Shown here piece by piece: positions 36,977-47,478 of a stretch of 64,000 nucleotides of DNA (its first letter is position 1; the number at the start of each line of letters is the position of its first letter). Source of the stretch: Candidatus Dojkabacteria bacterium (lineage in GTDB: Bacteria > Patescibacteriota > Dojkabacteria > J137); contig JBDTVZ010000003.1 in assembly GCA_040006935.1 (NCBI GenBank), positions 66,224 through 130,223 of the forward strand. The letters run 5' to 3'. A program made the position numbers and the translations under genes. The notes under the pieces were generated by a model. That model searched no databases, was not told the DNA's origin, and worked only from the letters and a program-made list of their open reading frames with translations.

Positions 36977-37723
36977 TTATCCTAAAATTAATAATATTGA
37001 TGTAATTATCAATAAAACATAAGATAAAGTAAATACACTAGTAGAGAAATAGTATAGTATTTTCTCTATTAAATGATCCGCCTTACTCTTGTATTCACCC
37101 ATCTCATGTTTGAAGAATAGTCCTAAAAATAATCCGGCCACTAACCCTCCTATATGTGCCCAATTATTTACTCCACTTCCAGGTAAAAATCCATAAATTA
37201 ACGAAACTACAACGATTGGAAGAACATCGTAAATACTGAAAGGTAAATCTATTCCATATCTTCTATTTTTAAGTGACCCAGATATTAAAACTCCACAAAG
37301 TGCAAAAATACTTCCACTAGCTCCAAGGGTTGCAATATCTATTCCTAAAAATAGGCTCACTATAATTGTAAGAACCATTGACGCTATTCCTCCAAGAATG
37401 TAGATTATAAAGAATTTTTTATCTCCATATGTATACACAACTTTCTTTCCAATCGTGTAAAGTGCAAGCATATTCAATAGGAAATGAATGAATTCTATGT
37501 GTAAAAAGTTAGCAGTAATTATCGTCCAAAATTGTCCACTGAATATAGATTGCAATGACATTCCACCTAAAAGTACAAATACTTGAGTTAAAGTTCTTCC
37601 AGAAGAACCAGAAGCAAAATCAGGAGATAATAATTGAAATAGAGTCGCGAAAATAAATACTAAAATATTTACTAGGAGAACAAGGTTGAAAAAGTTAAAT
37701 TGAAATTTTACTCGAAATTCCAT
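36977..37723 (-). CDS. Rhomboid family intramembrane serine protease
   Basis: GASGSIFALCGVL (GxSG) and AHIGGLVAGLFLG (catalytic His) in a six-TM protein. Confidence 0.8.
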   Translation of the reverse strand: MEFRVKFQFNFFNLVLLVNILVFIFATLFQLLSPDFASGSSGRTLTQVFVLLGGMSLQSIFSGQFWTIITANFLHIEFIHFLLNMLALYTIGKKVVYTYGDKKFFIIYILGGIASMVLTIIVSLFLGIDIATLGASGSIFALCGVLISGSLKNRRYGIDLPFSIYDVLPIVVVSLIYGFLPGSGVNNWAHIGGLVAGLFLGLFFKHEMGEYKSKADHLIEKILYYFSTSVFTLSYVLLIITSILLILG

Positions 37724-38502
37724 TAGAAAAATATTAAATCTTCTATTCGATCGTCATTTCTTATGAAATTGAATAATGATTTATTGTCGTCAAAGGGTGA
37801 ATATGTATTTTTTAAATCTTCATCCTTAATTAATTTTCTAAGCGTTACATTTATTAAAGGACAGTTAATTTTATATTTTGGATTTGCAACAGCTTCTACT
37901 TTCGCATTTTTTGAAATGATGTAGTAGGCAAGTCCACGTTCTCTTTTTAAAACTCCGTAATCCATTGGTACTTGATCTTTTCGGGAAATTTTTGCAAAAA
38001 TTATTGGTGCTAATCCAATATTTACAAATGTGTACATGTAGCCAGTTGGTATTGCGAGTTTTTCTCCTGGCATAAGCTTAACTATTACCATGTCTTCAAC
38101 ATAAGTTTCCATTTGAAAAATGTCTTCTTTTTCTACATTCTTTTGCATAACTACCATCATTTCTCCGGAAATTAATTCCACCATACAATGATATTTCTCT
38201 TTAACTTCTTCGCTTTGATAAATATGTGTTTTAATAAATTCAATTCCAAGAAGACCGTAGGGAATGTATAGTAAATCGTAGGTTAGTGCACTTCCATTTC
38301 CTGTATTTCGTTCGTAAATATTTTTATGTTCTTTATAAACGTTCTCAGGATATTTTAATTGTTGATTTAAAAGTACTGGGATAATATCTTGTAGCGTTAC
38401 AAATTGTTCACAATTACAACAAACGTCATCACCAAAAATTATTCTTCCTCTGCTCTCGTCAACCTTAAGTGAAAATCCACAAATATTCGTTAGGTCGATC
38501 AT
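37723..38502 (-). CDS. Cupin-fold protein, possible cupin-type sugar-phosphate isomerase
   Basis: PGEKLAIPTGYMYTFVNIG resembles cupin motif 2 with His replaced by Tyr. Confidence 0.3.
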   Translation of the reverse strand: MIDLTNICGFSLKVDESRGRIIFGDDVCCNCEQFVTLQDIIPVLLNQQLKYPENVYKEHKNIYERNTGNGSALTYDLLYIPYGLLGIEFIKTHIYQSEEVKEKYHCMVELISGEMMVVMQKNVEKEDIFQMETYVEDMVIVKLMPGEKLAIPTGYMYTFVNIGLAPIIFAKISRKDQVPMDYGVLKRERGLAYYIISKNAKVEAVANPKYKINCPLINVTLRKLIKDEDLKNTYSPFDDNKSLFNFIRNDDRIEDLIFF

Positions 38503-38649
38503 AAATTTCCATGCTTTAATAAATAATTTAATGCATTGAAAAAGTGCAAATTTTCCAGAGGTAGAAAAATTTTATTCTATTGAGGGCAACATTGTCAAAT
38601 CTGAGATTTATAAACGCCACCAGTAAAGTGTATCAGCCGTTTGGTGTTA

Positions 38650-39021
38650 CTAGACTAGTAAGAATAATATCGTGAAAATTACTGAAATTAAAAATGATAA
38701 GAATATTATTTGTGCGGCCTTCTCCTGGTCTTTTCTTCTAAATTCTTTTTGAACTATAGTTTCTTTTTCCCCTAATGATTTAAAATTAAATATTCCTCTC
38801 ATTGCAAAACCAGCGCAGAAATGAAATTGTGCTTGTAATATTCCAATGGCGGATGCAAATAATGGGAAGAGAATAATTACACGGAATATAGTTGGAATAC
38901 CTAAAAGAAAAAGTATAATTGCAACAACTACAGAAATTGTGATTCCAACGAAGCCACTCCTTCGTCTATATTCAATTTCATCTTTCCCAATATTGCAAAC
39001 TCCTGGAATATATTCTTTCAT
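38650..39021 (-). CDS. Small membrane protein
   Basis: Three hydrophobic helices. Confidence 0.35.
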   Translation of the reverse strand: MKEYIPGVCNIGKDEIEYRRRSGFVGITISVVVAIILFLLGIPTIFRVIILFPLFASAIGILQAQFHFCAGFAMRGIFNFKSLGEKETIVQKEFRRKDQEKAAQIIFLSFLISVIFTILFLLV

Positions 39022-39077
39022 TTTAATTAATCTTCTTAAGTATCAACTAACTTTTCAACTTTTTGAACCTTTAAACT

Positions 39078-40169
39078 TTATAACTCTTTCAATTGTTCCC
39101 ACAATTCCTTTTCATTTTTTGAAATTTTCTCAGGAATTTTTACTAAGAGCTTTACATATTGATCACTATTCCCATTTCCTCTAAATTTTGGACCTCCTTT
39201 CTCTCTCAATCTTAAAATCTTTTCTGGCTGTGTGCCCGATGGAACTTTCATAATTACATCACCATGCACAGTAGGTACCTTAATTTCTCCACCTAGAACT
39301 GCGGTGACTACATCTATTTCTTTATCCATATAAATATCGTCTCCTCGCCTTTCGAGCACTGGATGGGACTTTACTTCGATTGTTATGTATAAATCTCCAG
39401 AAGTTGCGCCATTTTCTCCAGCATTTCCTCTTCCACTAAATTTTAGTGTAACTCCATCAGGAATGCCTGCAGGAATATTCATTTTGAAAGATTCATTTTG
39501 GGAAGTAACACCACTTCCTCCACACTTATAGCACTTCTCGGAAATTTCTTGACCAGTTCCGTGGCAAGTAGGACACTCTGTTACAACTTGCATTGAGCCA
39601 AAAAAAGTATTCTGCATTTGTCTGATTTGACCTTTCCCTCCACAAGTGTGGCAAGTTTTTTTCTTACCATCTTTTGAACCAGTTCCATCGCATTTATCAC
39701 ATTTTGTTCTTTTCTTATACTCAATTTCTAATTCTTTACCAAAGATTGCATCCAAAAATTCTACTTGGAGAGTTAGTTCTAAATCTGCTCCTCTATTATT
39801 TCTACCTCTTGATGTTCGGGCAGCTCCTGATCCAAAATCAAATCCACCTCCGAAGAAATTACCTAAAAGATCCCCTAAATCTCCAGCTCCAAAATCAAAA
39901 TCTCCTTGGCCAAAACCACCGAAGTTAGATCCTCCCCCGCCGAAAGCTTGAGTTCCTGCAAAACCATACTGATCGTAGGCTTGCTTCTTTTGTGAATCGG
40001 AAAGAATATCATAGGCTTCTTGTGCTTCTTTAAATTTCTCCTCTGCGCCAGCAGCCTTATTTTTATCAGGATGAAACTCTTTTGCGAGTTTTCGATATGC
40101 TTTTTTTATTTCGTCTTTAGATGCTGATTTTGAAACACCTAAAACTTCGTAATAATCTCTTTTTGCCAT
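39078..40169 (-). CDS. dnaJ: Molecular chaperone DnaJ
   Basis: J-domain with HPD (YYEVLGV...EFHPDKN), a G/F-rich linker, and four CxxCxGxG zinc-finger repeats. Confidence 0.93.
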   Translation of the reverse strand: MAKRDYYEVLGVSKSASKDEIKKAYRKLAKEFHPDKNKAAGAEEKFKEAQEAYDILSDSQKKQAYDQYGFAGTQAFGGGGSNFGGFGQGDFDFGAGDLGDLLGNFFGGGFDFGSGAARTSRGRNNRGADLELTLQVEFLDAIFGKELEIEYKKRTKCDKCDGTGSKDGKKKTCHTCGGKGQIRQMQNTFFGSMQVVTECPTCHGTGQEISEKCYKCGGSGVTSQNESFKMNIPAGIPDGVTLKFSGRGNAGENGATSGDLYITIEVKSHPVLERRGDDIYMDKEIDVVTAVLGGEIKVPTVHGDVIMKVPSGTQPEKILRLREKGGPKFRGNGNSDQYVKLLVKIPEKISKNEKELWEQLKEL

Positions 40170-40411
40170 AAATCATTAAAAATTTCTAAGTATTTTATCA
40201 TTTAGCAGGTAAAGTGGCTAGATGCTAATTAATTTCAAAAACAAGTTTATAACTTGAAATTTCTGAATTGTTTGAAAATTGAATATTTGTTATTTGAAGT
40301 TTGTATAAACTGCCACTCCAAGGAGTAATCCAACATTTCTGGCAGGGAAAGAATATATTCTTTCCCTACCAAACTGCCAAGAAAAGATAACAGGTGGTAA
40401 AGTCAATATTA

Positions 40412-40792
40412 TTAATTCATCTGATATAACGCAATCTTGTAGCCATTTGGATCCTCGAAAAGAAGTTCTTTTGCTTCCCACATATTACTGAATATCCTTG
40501 CTTTAATTTTTCCACCAGAGTTTTCAATCAATTGATAGTAAGCTTCGATATCATCTACTTCTATATAAAATATTATTCCCATCCCTCTGTCATGATTTTC
40601 GGCAATGTATTTATAATCTTCGAAAGGTTCTTTGGTTTCCAAAACAAAATGCATTCCAAAATTCCCTAGACTTAGTACAACTTTATCATTTTCGAATTGA
40701 GTTATAGTTGCCCCAATTGCTTTATAGAACTCGTAAGTGGACACAACATCTGAAGTATATAAAACATTGAAAGATGAGTCTGGCTTATACAT
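40412..40792 (-). CDS. VOC/glyoxalase-bleomycin resistance family protein
   Basis: Size and betaalphabetabetabeta pattern; weak. Confidence 0.4.
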   Translation of the reverse strand: MYKPDSSFNVLYTSDVVSTYEFYKAIGATITQFENDKVVLSLGNFGMHFVLETKEPFEDYKYIAENHDRGMGIIFYIEVDDIEAYYQLIENSGGKIKARIFSNMWEAKELLFEDPNGYKIALYQMN

Positions 40793-40796
40793 AAAC

Positions 40797-41912
40797 TTAT
40801 TTTAAAAGTTTATCAATTTCTTTTACTATTTTTTCACTTTCATCAAAACTTCTTATAAATCCTTGTACAGGTTCTCTCGGATTTAACGCAATTAACTCAT
40901 CTAAAGCTTCTACAACTTTATCCCAATCATCTCCAATGTATCTACACAATGGGTTTCTTAAAGCATACTCAATATTTCCTTTGTCTAATCTATCAATATT
41001 TTTAGTCCAGACTACCTTTTTCTCAAACAATTCAGTTTCCATTAAAGTTGCAGCACTTGGCTTTGCAATTATCACATCCGAAATATTATACATGTCTTGA
41101 ATATTGTTAATGTATCCTAGAATTTTTACATGTTTATTGTCTCCGAACTGCCTATCTAGTTGCTCCTTGAAATACTCTATCTTTCCTGCAAGTACAATTA
41201 AGTTATATTTATCTGCCTCAACTATATAGTTAATTGCTCTTTTTAAGGCCTTAGTTCCAACTCCACCACCAGTAAGTAAAACTGTTGGTCTGGTTGTGTC
41301 TAAATTTAGATCTTTAACAACTTGTGCCTTATCTGTTAATTTTGCAAGATTTGGATTTATTGGAAATAAAGGATAAACAATTTTACTAATATCTACTCCA
41401 TATTTTACTAATGAATTAACTGCTTCACCTGTTGGACAAATTATTAAGTCTGCCGCGGTATCTGCCCAGCCCATTGGAACTATCATTGGGTCTACCACTA
41501 CTTCTACAAGCTTAAAATTCTTTAACCTCTCTTTGGCTGCTTTTGCAATTATTGCTACAACGGGGTGATTGCAAATTACGATATCTGGTTTTTCATTTTT
41601 AATGATATCCACACATTCTTCAAGCAACATGCCTACTGTGTATTTAGAAAAAAACTCATACCCAACAACTGTTTGCATTGTTAACCAGAAGAGTGCATTG
41701 TGAACTGAAGCTAATGCTCTGTTTCCGGAAACTAAGGCATAGGATTTATCCGAGTTATTAAATGGCTCAATATCCGCCACTTTGAATAAATCTATGGTTT
41801 TAACATCGTATTTACCTGGAAATACTTTCTCAAACTCAATAGTAAGTGAGTTTGCAGCCATTTTGTGGCAAGAACCCGCATCTGTTATCACTTGTAATAT
41901 CTTTTTCTTCAT
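40797..41912 (-). CDS. Diacylglycerol glycosyltransferase (MGDG synthase/GT28, UgtP-like)
   Basis: N-terminal ILQVITDAGSCHKMAANSL (the GxGH motif of MGDG-synthase N-domain) and a C-terminal GT28 domain. Confidence 0.5.
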   Translation of the reverse strand: MKKKILQVITDAGSCHKMAANSLTIEFEKVFPGKYDVKTIDLFKVADIEPFNNSDKSYALVSGNRALASVHNALFWLTMQTVVGYEFFSKYTVGMLLEECVDIIKNEKPDIVICNHPVVAIIAKAAKERLKNFKLVEVVVDPMIVPMGWADTAADLIICPTGEAVNSLVKYGVDISKIVYPLFPINPNLAKLTDKAQVVKDLNLDTTRPTVLLTGGGVGTKALKRAINYIVEADKYNLIVLAGKIEYFKEQLDRQFGDNKHVKILGYINNIQDMYNISDVIIAKPSAATLMETELFEKKVVWTKNIDRLDKGNIEYALRNPLCRYIGDDWDKVVEALDELIALNPREPVQGFIRSFDESEKIVKEIDKLLK

Positions 41913-41958
41913 AAAAATACACTGAAATTAACTATGAATTATACCATAATGCAAATAC

Positions 41959-42756
41959 TTACAGCTTTCTGACTATTACAAAGTGGCTTATTCCAAAGAT
42001 GTGTAGGGGAGTTTTTTCTAGGAATAAGAAAGTTTTCTGAATAAGTTTCCCAACTAGTCCTAGCCTTCTTACTGCTCCGTCAAAACCTGGGAATATTTGA
42101 GTATATTTAACAAATTCTGAGTTTGAAGTAGATTTTTTTATCATATTTTTTAACTCAGAACCCCAATAACTTCGAACATGAGGTGCAAATTTCTTATAAA
42201 TAATATTAGGCATCCAAGGTAATAAAGGAATATTTCCCCAATAATATTTTCCCCCTAAAAACATTCCGTGCTGTTCAAAAGGCCATAATCTGTTAGGAGT
42301 AAAGAAGACCATAAGTCCACCTTTTTTCAGAACTCTGAAACATTCCTGAAGAGTTTTTAAATCAACTTGAACATGCTCCAGAACTTCGTTATGGAAAACT
42401 ATATCAAAAAAATCATCCTCAAAGACAAGGTTCTCTCCGGGGCAATTAACTATATTCTTTGGGTTAACGACTGACGGTTGACGGTCACCGTTTTCCCTTT
42501 TGCGCTTTCCTAGATCTTCTTTTAATTTTACAACTTGATCATTATCATATTCTGAACCATACACATTATCAAAACCTGAAAGTTTTGCAAATTCTTCTAA
42601 CCAAACTCCTTCTCCGCAGCCCATATCTAGAACCTTTTTATTTGAGAAATCTACATATTTTTTAATTAAATCTAACCTTCTTTGAAATCCAGCCGTAAAT
42701 GCTGTTCCCGGTTTTCCAAGGTGTGCAAATTTTGTGTGTTCAGACATTACTTTCAT
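41959..42756 (-). CDS. Class I SAM-dependent methyltransferase (with an in-frame GC-rich insertion)
   Basis: Motif I VLDMGCGEGVW. The GC-rich palindromic segment at 42462-42512 encodes KRKRENGDRQPSVVNP. Confidence 0.6.
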   Translation of the reverse strand: MKVMSEHTKFAHLGKPGTAFTAGFQRRLDLIKKYVDFSNKKVLDMGCGEGVWLEEFAKLSGFDNVYGSEYDNDQVVKLKEDLGKRKRENGDRQPSVVNPKNIVNCPGENLVFEDDFFDIVFHNEVLEHVQVDLKTLQECFRVLKKGGLMVFFTPNRLWPFEQHGMFLGGKYYWGNIPLLPWMPNIIYKKFAPHVRSYWGSELKNMIKKSTSNSEFVKYTQIFPGFDGAVRRLGLVGKLIQKTFLFLEKTPLHIFGISHFVIVRKL

Positions 42757-42854
42757 AAATGTATATTCAGATTTCTAAAATTATACTATATAACCCACCT
42801 CTCGTAACTCGTAACCCGTAATCCACTATGATACAATGAAGCGTACTATTTAAA

Positions 42855-45107
42855 TTGATATTTATTTTCATGGCACGAAGAAAAAAACATGTAACCTACG
42901 ATAGTAAAGAAACCCGAACAGTTTTGGGACTAATATTACTTTTAGTATCTCTATTCTTTTTAGTATCTATTTTTACAGTTTCAACAGAAGCGAATATTTT
43001 TACTCAAACTAGAAACCTATTTGGCCAATCAACAATTTTAACAGCATTTTTTTTATTTTCTTTGGGACTTTATAATTTAGGTTCCGAGCTTCCTTTCACA
43101 AAACCCTTAAGTTTATTTGCGCAAGGAGTTTTAGTGGTTTTAATTCCGGCTTTAATTACCTCTTTTGCAACGGGAGAATTTGAAATATACAGATACTCTG
43201 GAGATATTGATAAGATTTTAGGTGGAAGTGTTGGTTATTTTATAGTTACAAATGTAATGCAGGAAACAATTCCTACTCAACCAGCAACTAGATTAATTTT
43301 ATTACTTGGAACTTTAATATTTATTCCTGTTGCACTTTCACTTTCTATTAGTCAAATTATTGAATACACCTTGAAAGGAATTAATGCCATTAGAAACTTC
43401 TTCTCTGCAAATGTTAATGATGAGGACGAAGAAGAGGAGCAAGAGCCAGAAAAAGCAGCTCGATTTGGAGATTTTAATAATTTAATTAAAGATAAGAAAA
43501 ATAAAGACTCTTCTCAACAAAATTCTCAAGAAGACGCAATCCCTAGACGTGATAGAGTAAATATCAATAAAGAAAAAACCGCAGGAGAATTACAATTTTT
43601 AGAAGAGAAAATTGATAGAGAAACGTTAACTCAAGAAACTTTAAATTATTCTAATTGGGAGTTTCCACCTCTAGATATATTAGAAAATACAAAGAAATCT
43701 ACTGGCAAGGAACCTACTATAGAACGAAATGCCAAGATAATAGAACAGACACTTGAAAGCTTTGGTATTGATGCAAAAGTAGAAGAAAGTGATGTTGGAC
43801 CTTCTGTAGTTCGTTACTCACTTAATATTCCTCTTGGAACGAAAGTAGAAAAGGTTTCGGGATTAAGTGCAAATCTTGCCTTAGCATTAGGTGTTGATTC
43901 GAAGGCAGTAAGGATTGATACAATTCCGGGAACTACCTACTTGGGTATTGAAATACCTAGATCTAATAGAGAAATGGTTAGATTTAAAGAATTAATAGAA
44001 TCTAACGCAATGAGGAAAAAAGATTTAGCTTTGCCTATTCCTATCGGAAAAGATATTGATGGCTCAACAGTTGTGGCAGATATTCAAAAAATGCCTCACT
44101 TACTTATTGCAGGAGCTACAGGTTCTGGTAAATCTGTACTTACCAACTCTTTCATATCCGCATTATTAATGGAGAAAACTCCTGACGAATTGCGATTAAT
44201 ATTAGTTGATCCTAAACAAGTAGAATTTTCAGATTATAATGGTATTGCACACCTGCTCACTCCAGTTATCACTGATATGAGGGAAGTTGTTGACTGGCTA
44301 AGATACGCTGTCCACGTTATGGAGAAAAGATATGGAGTTTTGGCAAAAGAACAAGTGCGAAATATTCAGGGTTATAACGAGAAGAAGGGATTCCCTGCTA
44401 TGCCGTACATAGTGATAGTTATAGATGAAATGGCGGACATGATGATGACAGGTAATAAAGGAGAGACCGAAACACAAATTGTTAGACTAGCACAGAAAGC
44501 GAGAGCTGTTGGAATTCATTTAATATTAGCGACTCAAAGACCATCTGTGAATGTTATTACTGGTATTATCAAAGCTAATATTCCCGGGAGAATAGGTATG
44601 AGTGTAACCAGCTCTACAGATTCGAGGGTTATTTTAGATAGAATGGGAGCTGAAAGTTTAATGGGTCGAGGAGATCTCTTATATAAAGCACCGGATAAGA
44701 CAAAGTCCTCCAGGCTTCAAGGTGGAAACATAGAACAAGTTGAGATTGCAGACATAGTAGATAATATAAAAACTCAAGCACCTGAGGTTGCATACTTAAC
44801 AATAAAAGATATTCGAGAATACATAAATGATAGTTCAGGAGTCAATGGTGATTCCGAGGATTTTGGTCAGGGAAGTAATTCTTCACAAGGCTCTCTTTTA
44901 GAACAATCTATTAGAATAGCCGTGCAATACCAAAAAGGTTCTAGTTCGTTTCTACAAAGAAAACTTAATATTGGATTTAATAAGGCAGCGCAATTAGTCG
45001 AAGAACTTGAAGAACTGGGTGTGGTTGGTCCTCAAAATGGAGCTAAGCCTAGACAAGTTTTAATTTCTGATGCAGAGGAATTTATAGCTAGTATGAAAGC
45101 AATGTAA
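42855..45107 (+). CDS. ftsK: DNA translocase FtsK/SpoIIIE
   Basis: N-terminal TM helices, Walker A LLIAGATGSGKSV, Walker B VIVIDEMADMM and a C-terminal gamma (KOPS-binding) winged helix. Confidence 0.9.
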   Translation: MIFIFMARRKKHVTYDSKETRTVLGLILLLVSLFFLVSIFTVSTEANIFTQTRNLFGQSTILTAFFLFSLGLYNLGSELPFTKPLSLFAQGVLVVLIPALITSFATGEFEIYRYSGDIDKILGGSVGYFIVTNVMQETIPTQPATRLILLLGTLIFIPVALSLSISQIIEYTLKGINAIRNFFSANVNDEDEEEEQEPEKAARFGDFNNLIKDKKNKDSSQQNSQEDAIPRRDRVNINKEKTAGELQFLEEKIDRETLTQETLNYSNWEFPPLDILENTKKSTGKEPTIERNAKIIEQTLESFGIDAKVEESDVGPSVVRYSLNIPLGTKVEKVSGLSANLALALGVDSKAVRIDTIPGTTYLGIEIPRSNREMVRFKELIESNAMRKKDLALPIPIGKDIDGSTVVADIQKMPHLLIAGATGSGKSVLTNSFISALLMEKTPDELRLILVDPKQVEFSDYNGIAHLLTPVITDMREVVDWLRYAVHVMEKRYGVLAKEQVRNIQGYNEKKGFPAMPYIVIVIDEMADMMMTGNKGETETQIVRLAQKARAVGIHLILATQRPSVNVITGIIKANIPGRIGMSVTSSTDSRVILDRMGAESLMGRGDLLYKAPDKTKSSRLQGGNIEQVEIADIVDNIKTQAPEVAYLTIKDIREYINDSSGVNGDSEDFGQGSNSSQGSLLEQSIRIAVQYQKGSSSFLQRKLNIGFNKAAQLVEELEELGVVGPQNGAKPRQVLISDAEEFIASMKAM

Positions 45108-45115
45108 TAATCCAA

Positions 45116-45319
45116 TTATTGTGGAAAACTTACAGGAACAGTTCCAGCATTAAGATGATTTTCCAAACTTTTAGTGAACAGTGTGGTTTTTGGCATGTCT
45201 AAAACAATGAGGCTAAACTCTTCTCTATCTCCTGATGCAGATTCAAAAACTTCCCACGCAATAGCAGCTATAAGTATAACTATTCCTGCGTAAATTAAAT
45301 ATTTCCATTGTTTATTCAT
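45116..45319 (-). CDS. Small membrane protein
   Basis: One TM. Confidence 0.3.
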   Translation of the reverse strand: MNKQWKYLIYAGIVILIAAIAWEVFESASGDREEFSLIVLDMPKTTLFTKSLENHLNAGTVPVSFPQ

Positions 45320-45320
45320 C

Positions 45321-45971
45321 TTACTTAGCGTCCTGAACGTAAAAGAAAAAATTAAATTGCAATGTTAATTTGAATTGCTTGTTTGGATCCGAGTTTTCTA
45401 ATTCCTTTCCAACTTTTCTAGTGATTACTGCACTTCCTATATCAAAAATAGTTACATTGTTTTCCATGTCACTTATAAAGTTTGTAAGGGTATCTCTATC
45501 TCCTTCAAGTAACAAACTCACTGATTGGGCCTGTACTTGCCGTGTTACCTGGAATTTTTTAATAATATCATTTGTGTTTGTCACACTTGTAAAAGTTGAG
45601 TTTAGTAAATTTACTCCATCTTTGAGAACATAACCATCTACTTCACTTAGAACACTTATTTGATCATATTGATTGGGGAAAGCTGTATTAAATTTATCTA
45701 CAAGGGTTTGTTTGTTATCTTGCTCTTGTACTAAGTTTTCTATTGTGGTTCTCTTTTGCTCTAGCTGGTCAATGGCTTCTTGTCTTCTTACATTTTGTGC
45801 TGCCTGTGCAGTAAATGCACTATAAGATGGAAGAATTCCTATTAAAACCATTAAAAGTACGAAGAGAACTGTAACTGCCGAAACAAAATACGTTTTCTTC
45901 TGAGAGGTATTCAACAACTCATTTAATCTATTTTGCCTTATTTGTGATTTCGTTTCTGCTTCTGACATCAT
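45321..45971 (-). CDS. Bitopic membrane protein, PilO-like (type IV pilus assembly) architecture
   Basis: Short cytoplasmic N-terminus, one TM, a coiled coil, then a periplasmic domain. Confidence 0.3.
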   Translation of the reverse strand: MMSEAETKSQIRQNRLNELLNTSQKKTYFVSAVTVLFVLLMVLIGILPSYSAFTAQAAQNVRRQEAIDQLEQKRTTIENLVQEQDNKQTLVDKFNTAFPNQYDQISVLSEVDGYVLKDGVNLLNSTFTSVTNTNDIIKKFQVTRQVQAQSVSLLLEGDRDTLTNFISDMENNVTIFDIGSAVITRKVGKELENSDPNKQFKLTLQFNFFFYVQDAK

Positions 45972-46642
45972 TGTAAGCTGGTGCGTTTATTATTTTTTAT
46001 TACTGCTGTTAAAACATAATCTCCTTTTAAGTCTTGAACATCTTGTTGATTAATTGTTAAGTTACTGAATGTAACTGATGAGAAGGAGGGCGAATTTCTT
46101 AAGCTTGCCTCTAAGCTTCTTAATAAGTCTAAATCCTCTGTTCCATAAACCGAAACAAATCCATCGGCAACTTTTATTGTTAAATCTGCGCCGGGATTAG
46201 TTACATACGAATAAATTTCTTTGATTATATCTGCACTGTTTGATGAGGAATCCCATAATTTTGTGTAAACATCTTCTTTTGTTGCGAACAGCCTTAGTTT
46301 TGGTTCAACATCTGTTGCGTAAAAATTCAATCTTTCTGTTAATGAATCTATTTGTTTCTTTTTATTTTTTGCATCAGTATCAACAATTACTTTGGCAACA
46401 AATGCTGCGGCAATTAAAATTATTGTAACCATCACCACATACCTTGCTTTATCTACAATCCAGTCGTAAATTTTATCCCATGCAGTTTTTGGGGGTTGAA
46501 GAGGTTTTAATAAATTAAAGGTTACAGATTTTGCCATTAGATTAAATCTAAATTTAGATTGCAAATTTATTGTATCATAAGGAATAAATATTGTTGCAAT
46601 GTTAGAAAGTTTTAAAGTTGAAAGGTTATTCTGATAATACAA
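45968..46642 (-). CDS. Bitopic membrane protein, PilN-like architecture
   Basis: TM plus coiled-coil plus periplasmic domain; overlaps the downstream gene by 4 bp, which suggests translational coupling. Confidence 0.3.
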   Translation of the reverse strand: MYYQNNLSTLKLSNIATIFIPYDTINLQSKFRFNLMAKSVTFNLLKPLQPPKTAWDKIYDWIVDKARYVVMVTIILIAAAFVAKVIVDTDAKNKKKQIDSLTERLNFYATDVEPKLRLFATKEDVYTKLWDSSSNSADIIKEIYSYVTNPGADLTIKVADGFVSVYGTEDLDLLRSLEASLRNSPSFSSVTFSNLTINQQDVQDLKGDYVLTAVIKNNKRTSLQ

Positions 46643-46683
46643 ACTTTAAAACATTTAAACTTTCAACCTTTTAACAAAGACTT

Positions 46684-47478
46684 ATGACTTATTTTATCTG
46701 TAGAATTCCATTTGGAACTTCGGAATTAAAAATTAAAACCTTAAATGAAATTCCCGATTCTACCGCAGAGGAAATTTCATACTTTATAAATGCTTTTTAC
46801 AATGAGCTAAATCCTAATCTTGCAAATACTTCTGCATATAATTTTAATCATGGGCAAATAGGAATTCCTATTTTTTTGAAAAAAGAGTTTTTAGATTTTT
46901 TATCACAGCATCTGGAACTCGCAGCCGCTACTGAATTTGAATATCAACCTTTTAGTATCTTAGATCCTGATTTAGATTTGAATAGTAATTTGATAAGTGT
47001 AGATAAAAGATCACTTTCTGTAACGAAGAACGATGACATCTCTCTTGAAAGTCCAATAAATCGTAAACACTTTACGATAGATATTTTAAGTGACTTCTTA
47101 ATTAGAGAAAAAGCACTTTCTGATTTTTTAATTGTTTCCGACTCCGTATTCTTAGCCAGGGGAAAACATCCATGGGCTATTGATATTACAGACCATACAG
47201 TGCAGGATTTTACTTTAGAGATTAGAAACGAATCAGTTGTGATTGAACCAATGGAAGTGAAAACCATGAAAAATACTTTTGGTGTTATAGATGAAATCTC
47301 ACCAGTTCAGTATATTTTTATACAAGGCAAATATACAAATTTACCGAAGATAATAGGAACTATTGCGAAGAGAGAAAGGAGCTTAGGAGGTTTAAGTGAA
47401 GTTTCGAGAAAGTATGGAGTAACGATTCATGCTCTGGATAAAAATGATAAACTTACAACTTTTACACCCCGACATTAA
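46684..47478 (+). CDS. Hypothetical protein
   Basis: ORF only. Confidence 0.3.
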   Translation: MTYFICRIPFGTSELKIKTLNEIPDSTAEEISYFINAFYNELNPNLANTSAYNFNHGQIGIPIFLKKEFLDFLSQHLELAAATEFEYQPFSILDPDLDLNSNLISVDKRSLSVTKNDDISLESPINRKHFTIDILSDFLIREKALSDFLIVSDSVFLARGKHPWAIDITDHTVQDFTLEIRNESVVIEPMEVKTMKNTFGVIDEISPVQYIFIQGKYTNLPKIIGTIAKRERSLGGLSEVSRKYGVTIHALDKNDKLTTFTPRH